Positions 16,882-19,505 of a DNA stretch of 19,505 nucleotides are shown here, in pieces (position 1 is the first letter of the stretch; each line of letters begins with the position of its first letter). The notes below the pieces were generated by a model. The model was not told the DNA's origin. It worked only from the letters and a program-made list of their open reading frames with translations, and ran no database searches. The DNA lies in contig JBBQRQ010000095.1 of assembly GCA_038214755.1 (NCBI GenBank), forward strand, positions 1 through 19,505, read 5' to 3'. The stretch comes from Verrucomicrobiota bacterium. GTDB taxonomy: Bacteria; Verrucomicrobiota; Verrucomicrobiia; Limisphaerales; CANJXF01. The translations under genes and the position numbers were made by a program.

Positions 16882-18708
16882 ATGATAGCTCTTATTCGCG
16901 TCAGATTCAATAACACGCCTGCTGATAAAGTGTGGAGTGATGCAGTGATGCATAACTGGATGAACCCGGGAATACAATATAGCCTGGCACATTTCTGGAC
17001 CCGCACTTCCTTCTTCCAGGCAGATATGCGATACTTTCTTTTCGCCCCGGTTGCAATGGATGATCCGCGACCCAAAACACCAAAAGACTCCACCGAAAGG
17101 CAATATCTCGTTGCTAAAGTAATTGCAGAGGTCACGAAGGCTTTTTCCCCCGACTGGAAGATCTTTGATCAGTTGCTGATATGCTTTGCTCAACCTACCG
17201 ACCAATTTGGAGGAGGTGAACACAAGGTGCCCATTGCTGGTGGTGAAAAAACAATCCCGGCAGCAGTGGTTGATGTTGCAAGCCCGTTCAGCAATATATG
17301 CCAGGAGGTGGGTCATACATTTTTACTTGACCATGAGATTGACGGTGCAGGCAATGAATATATGAGCCCTTACTCATCCATGAGCAGTGAATTATACGGC
17401 GGCGCACAATCCTCTTTTGAGCGTGAAAAAGTTCCTGCGCTGCCCGTAGGTTTTCCACGTCCTGCCCCTGAAATAACTGCAGTGGATACCGATGACATGC
17501 AACGTGTGATAGGTCCTTACATAACACCCGTGCAATTTTACCTGAAAGCAATGGGAATTTTTATTGATGACAGAACTGTCTATCAGGTGCCCGGCTCTTT
17601 TACCACCGCACCTCATTCCTTTCGCCTGGCAGCCCTCGACAAAGGAATTGACTTATGGCCGGCGCGCCATGTAGTACTGGCCGTTCTTCCACCTGCCGTT
17701 CCCAATGGGGATACGTATTTTCTAGAATTGCGCAGGAATGTTAGCTATGATGCGGGGCTAACCTCCGATGGCGCTAACAGTGCTCCTGTAGCCTTGGTGA
17801 TTCATGCTGCTGATATCTCTTCCAAAGCCAAAAGGGTTCGTTATGTTAATCGTGTTGCTTTAGTTGCTTCACCCGGTGATCGTGACTATCATTGTTTTGC
17901 AGGTCATTTCACAGTGCGGCTCAATAATTTTGCAGAAGATTTTTCATCATGCAGTGTCACTGTCGGCGGCGACGATTTTTGGAAATATTTCGGAGTGAAT
18001 TTCGATACCATTCTAACAAATGAAATACCGGGCGGAGAAAGCGAATGGAATTTCGGAAAGGTTTCTCCTTGTTTCATGTTTCCTGTTTCTATTTATACTT
18101 ATAAATATCATTACATCAGCAGCGAGGTAGTGATGGTTGCCTCATCTTTTGGATATGAAACGCCGGCCTACCAATGGTTTTTAAATGACCAGCCTCTTAA
18201 TCCGTCGGATGCACAAATTACCATAAGGTCAAAAGTGAGGGTGCCTCACAACGGTGAATTAAGTGAGCTTCATGATGAAGATGTGACCGTACAATATAGG
18301 ATTACACAAAACAAACTTAACCTGACATTCAATGAACTCTTTTCAGGCATTTATGCCACTGTGAAAGTTATAGTAAATGAAAGCTCCGGTGAAGTTCTCC
18401 AAAATTTTTATCCGGAACGGACAGTATGGACGAGCATTTCAGTAAATAATGTGGAGATCGAATGGGACCAGGCGTATAAAGATGCGCAGAATGCATGTGA
18501 GAAAAGGTTGGATGAAATCAATGATCATTATGCTAAAAGTCACCCGCATATACCCCAACGCAATCCGGAGCCTGACTGGGGTATATCCACCATTAACCTG
18601 ATAAACGAACTTGTACAGTCTAACCCTGCTGCGGCAAATGCAGCCATTAATGAAGTGGCGAGGTTAGGAAATATCAGTAAGCTGGAAGTAATAAAGAAAC
18701 TTCGATAA
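16882..18708 (+). CDS. low-GC metzincin-like (M6/M11-like) metallopeptidase homolog with a QExxHxxxxxH motif
   Basis: 608 aa; ICQEVGHTFLLDH, a Met-turn-like YMSPYSSMS and YFLELRRNVSYDAGL. Confidence 0.6.
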   Translation: MIALIRVRFNNTPADKVWSDAVMHNWMNPGIQYSLAHFWTRTSFFQADMRYFLFAPVAMDDPRPKTPKDSTERQYLVAKVIAEVTKAFSPDWKIFDQLLICFAQPTDQFGGGEHKVPIAGGEKTIPAAVVDVASPFSNICQEVGHTFLLDHEIDGAGNEYMSPYSSMSSELYGGAQSSFEREKVPALPVGFPRPAPEITAVDTDDMQRVIGPYITPVQFYLKAMGIFIDDRTVYQVPGSFTTAPHSFRLAALDKGIDLWPARHVVLAVLPPAVPNGDTYFLELRRNVSYDAGLTSDGANSAPVALVIHAADISSKAKRVRYVNRVALVASPGDRDYHCFAGHFTVRLNNFAEDFSSCSVTVGGDDFWKYFGVNFDTILTNEIPGGESEWNFGKVSPCFMFPVSIYTYKYHYISSEVVMVASSFGYETPAYQWFLNDQPLNPSDAQITIRSKVRVPHNGELSELHDEDVTVQYRITQNKLNLTFNELFSGIYATVKVIVNESSGEVLQNFYPERTVWTSISVNNVEIEWDQAYKDAQNACEKRLDEINDHYAKSHPHIPQRNPEPDWGISTINLINELVQSNPAAANAAINEVARLGNISKLEVIKKLR

Positions 18709-18754
18709 GCATACGGGAAGCTTTTAAAGGGGGCAGGACTGACGCCATATGCGC

Positions 18755-19186
18755 TCCCGCCAGTTTTTCTTCAAAATCCACAATCTCTTTGATCTGAACC
18801 AAGAACCAACGATCAATCTTGAACAGTTGGAAGATTTCCTCAATCGTGAATCCAGCGCGCGGAGGGCATGGCGGATGAAAAAGATGCGTTCGTCCCGCAG
18901 GCGCGGGATCAGTTTGTCCCGCAGAGCGGGATCGCGCGGGAGGATGTCGCGGTCGCCGTAAACTTCGGTGCCGATGCGCCACGGTTTGCCGTCGCCGCCC
19001 AACCCGCTTCGGCCAATCTCCAGCGAGCGCAAACATTTCTGCAAACTTTCCTTGAGCGTGCGGCCAATGGAAAACGAGGCATAGGGCGAGTTGCCCAATG
19101 CCACACGCGAGTCGGATGTGCTGCCCATTCATTCGCGTGTTGAGCGTCGGAGTTGGCTTGCGGAAATTTCTCGAAAAGGAACCGCG
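18755..19186 (-). pseudogene. carB: carB fragment, copy 3 (about 430 bp; two frameshifts and a palindromic insertion)
   Basis: RFLFEKFPQAN/PTLNTRM-[insert]-IGRTLKESLQKCLRSLEIGRSGLGGDG...[45 protein letters not shown]; matches the CarB RFxFEKF...TxMKSVGExMAIGRxFxE and IDxWFL motifs. Confidence 0.9.
19080..19127. repeat. REP-like palindromic insertion inside carB copy 3
   Basis: GGGCGAGTTGCCC hairpin plus ACACGCGAGTCGGATGTGCTGCCCA sits where the conserved KSVGExMA codons should be. Confidence 0.55.
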
Positions 19187-19319
19187 TGCTGAGCAAAGTG
19201 CCGAACGACCGGCAAAAAGGAACTTGTCACCCGGCAGACAGGGGCGGAAAATCATGATGAGCCGAATGGGAAAAGCAATCCTCCGTGCACTGCGGAGCGT
19301 CAGAAAATCAATCTTTTAT

Positions 19320-19505
19320 ATGAAACTCCAAACGAGCCTCCTCGCCGTCTTTGCGGCATTCCAAGGAGCGGCCCTTGCGGCCCCAATCCCGTTGACCGGG
19401 ACCATGACTTACAACCAAAACTTCGATTCTCTCGGCACCGCCAGCGTTCCCTGGGTCGATGATTCCACGCTGCCGGGCTGGCTTGCGGAAATCAACGATG
19501 GGACA
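19320..19505 (+). CDS. N-terminus of a secreted protein (partial; runs off the window)
   Basis: MKLQTSLLAVFAAFQGAALAAPIPLTGTMTYNQNFDSLGTASVPWVDDSTLPGW: signal peptide plus a YxQNFDSL...LPGW motif common in verrucomicrobial surface proteins. Confidence 0.7.
   Translation, partial: MKLQTSLLAVFAAFQGAALAAPIPLTGTMTYNQNFDSLGTASVPWVDDSTLPGWLAEINDGT

Noticed and set aside
13223..19186. Reading the repeats as a CRISPR array or classical integron attC sites
   Set aside because: The repeats are protein-coding carB sequence of unequal length with kb-scale spacing; no cas or intI gene and no RYYYAAC...GTTRRRY structure
18674..19255. ORFs 18674..19255, 18724..19128 and 18909..19196 as real genes or programmed frameshifting of carB
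   Set aside because: They are frame segments of one internal carB fragment that has lost its N-terminus and a conserved motif; a pseudogene is the simpler reading

Overview
This is a mosaic accessory region, probably from a Verrucomicrobiota (Pedosphaera-like) genome; the taxon is inferred from protein signatures such as the C-terminal ...RFYRV domain. (1) 1-2124 is a dense cluster of toxin-antitoxin (TA) modules: DUF6883/DUF4926, hicB-hicA and RelE-like pairs. Several appear to have leaderless promoters, and the HicA and RelE-like toxins are broken while their antitoxins are intact. (2) 2264-12555 holds unrelated, alternately oriented genes: a DUF3179 fusion, a DMFase beta-like protein, an M48 peptidase, an LVIVD/Ig protein, a Tat-motif protein and a TolB-like protein, with a REP/MITE-like repeat at two junctions. 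(3) 12733-19190 is the most unusual part. Three same-orientation fragments of carB (about 430, 205 and 68 bp) end at nearly the same 3' position (…IDRWFLxQIKxxVDFE). Each is followed by different cargo: a low-GC QExxH metallopeptidase-like gene; a GT4 plus two methyltransferases; and a higB remnant fused to the carB piece, then higA. The copies differ mainly at synonymous sites, suggesting they come from different functional carB alleles, yet two of them share an identical 43-bp twin-hairpin block. The same 'duplicated gene piece flanking cargo' pattern recurs for the GT4 3' end and for a RelE-like gene. No integrase or transposase is visible in the window.
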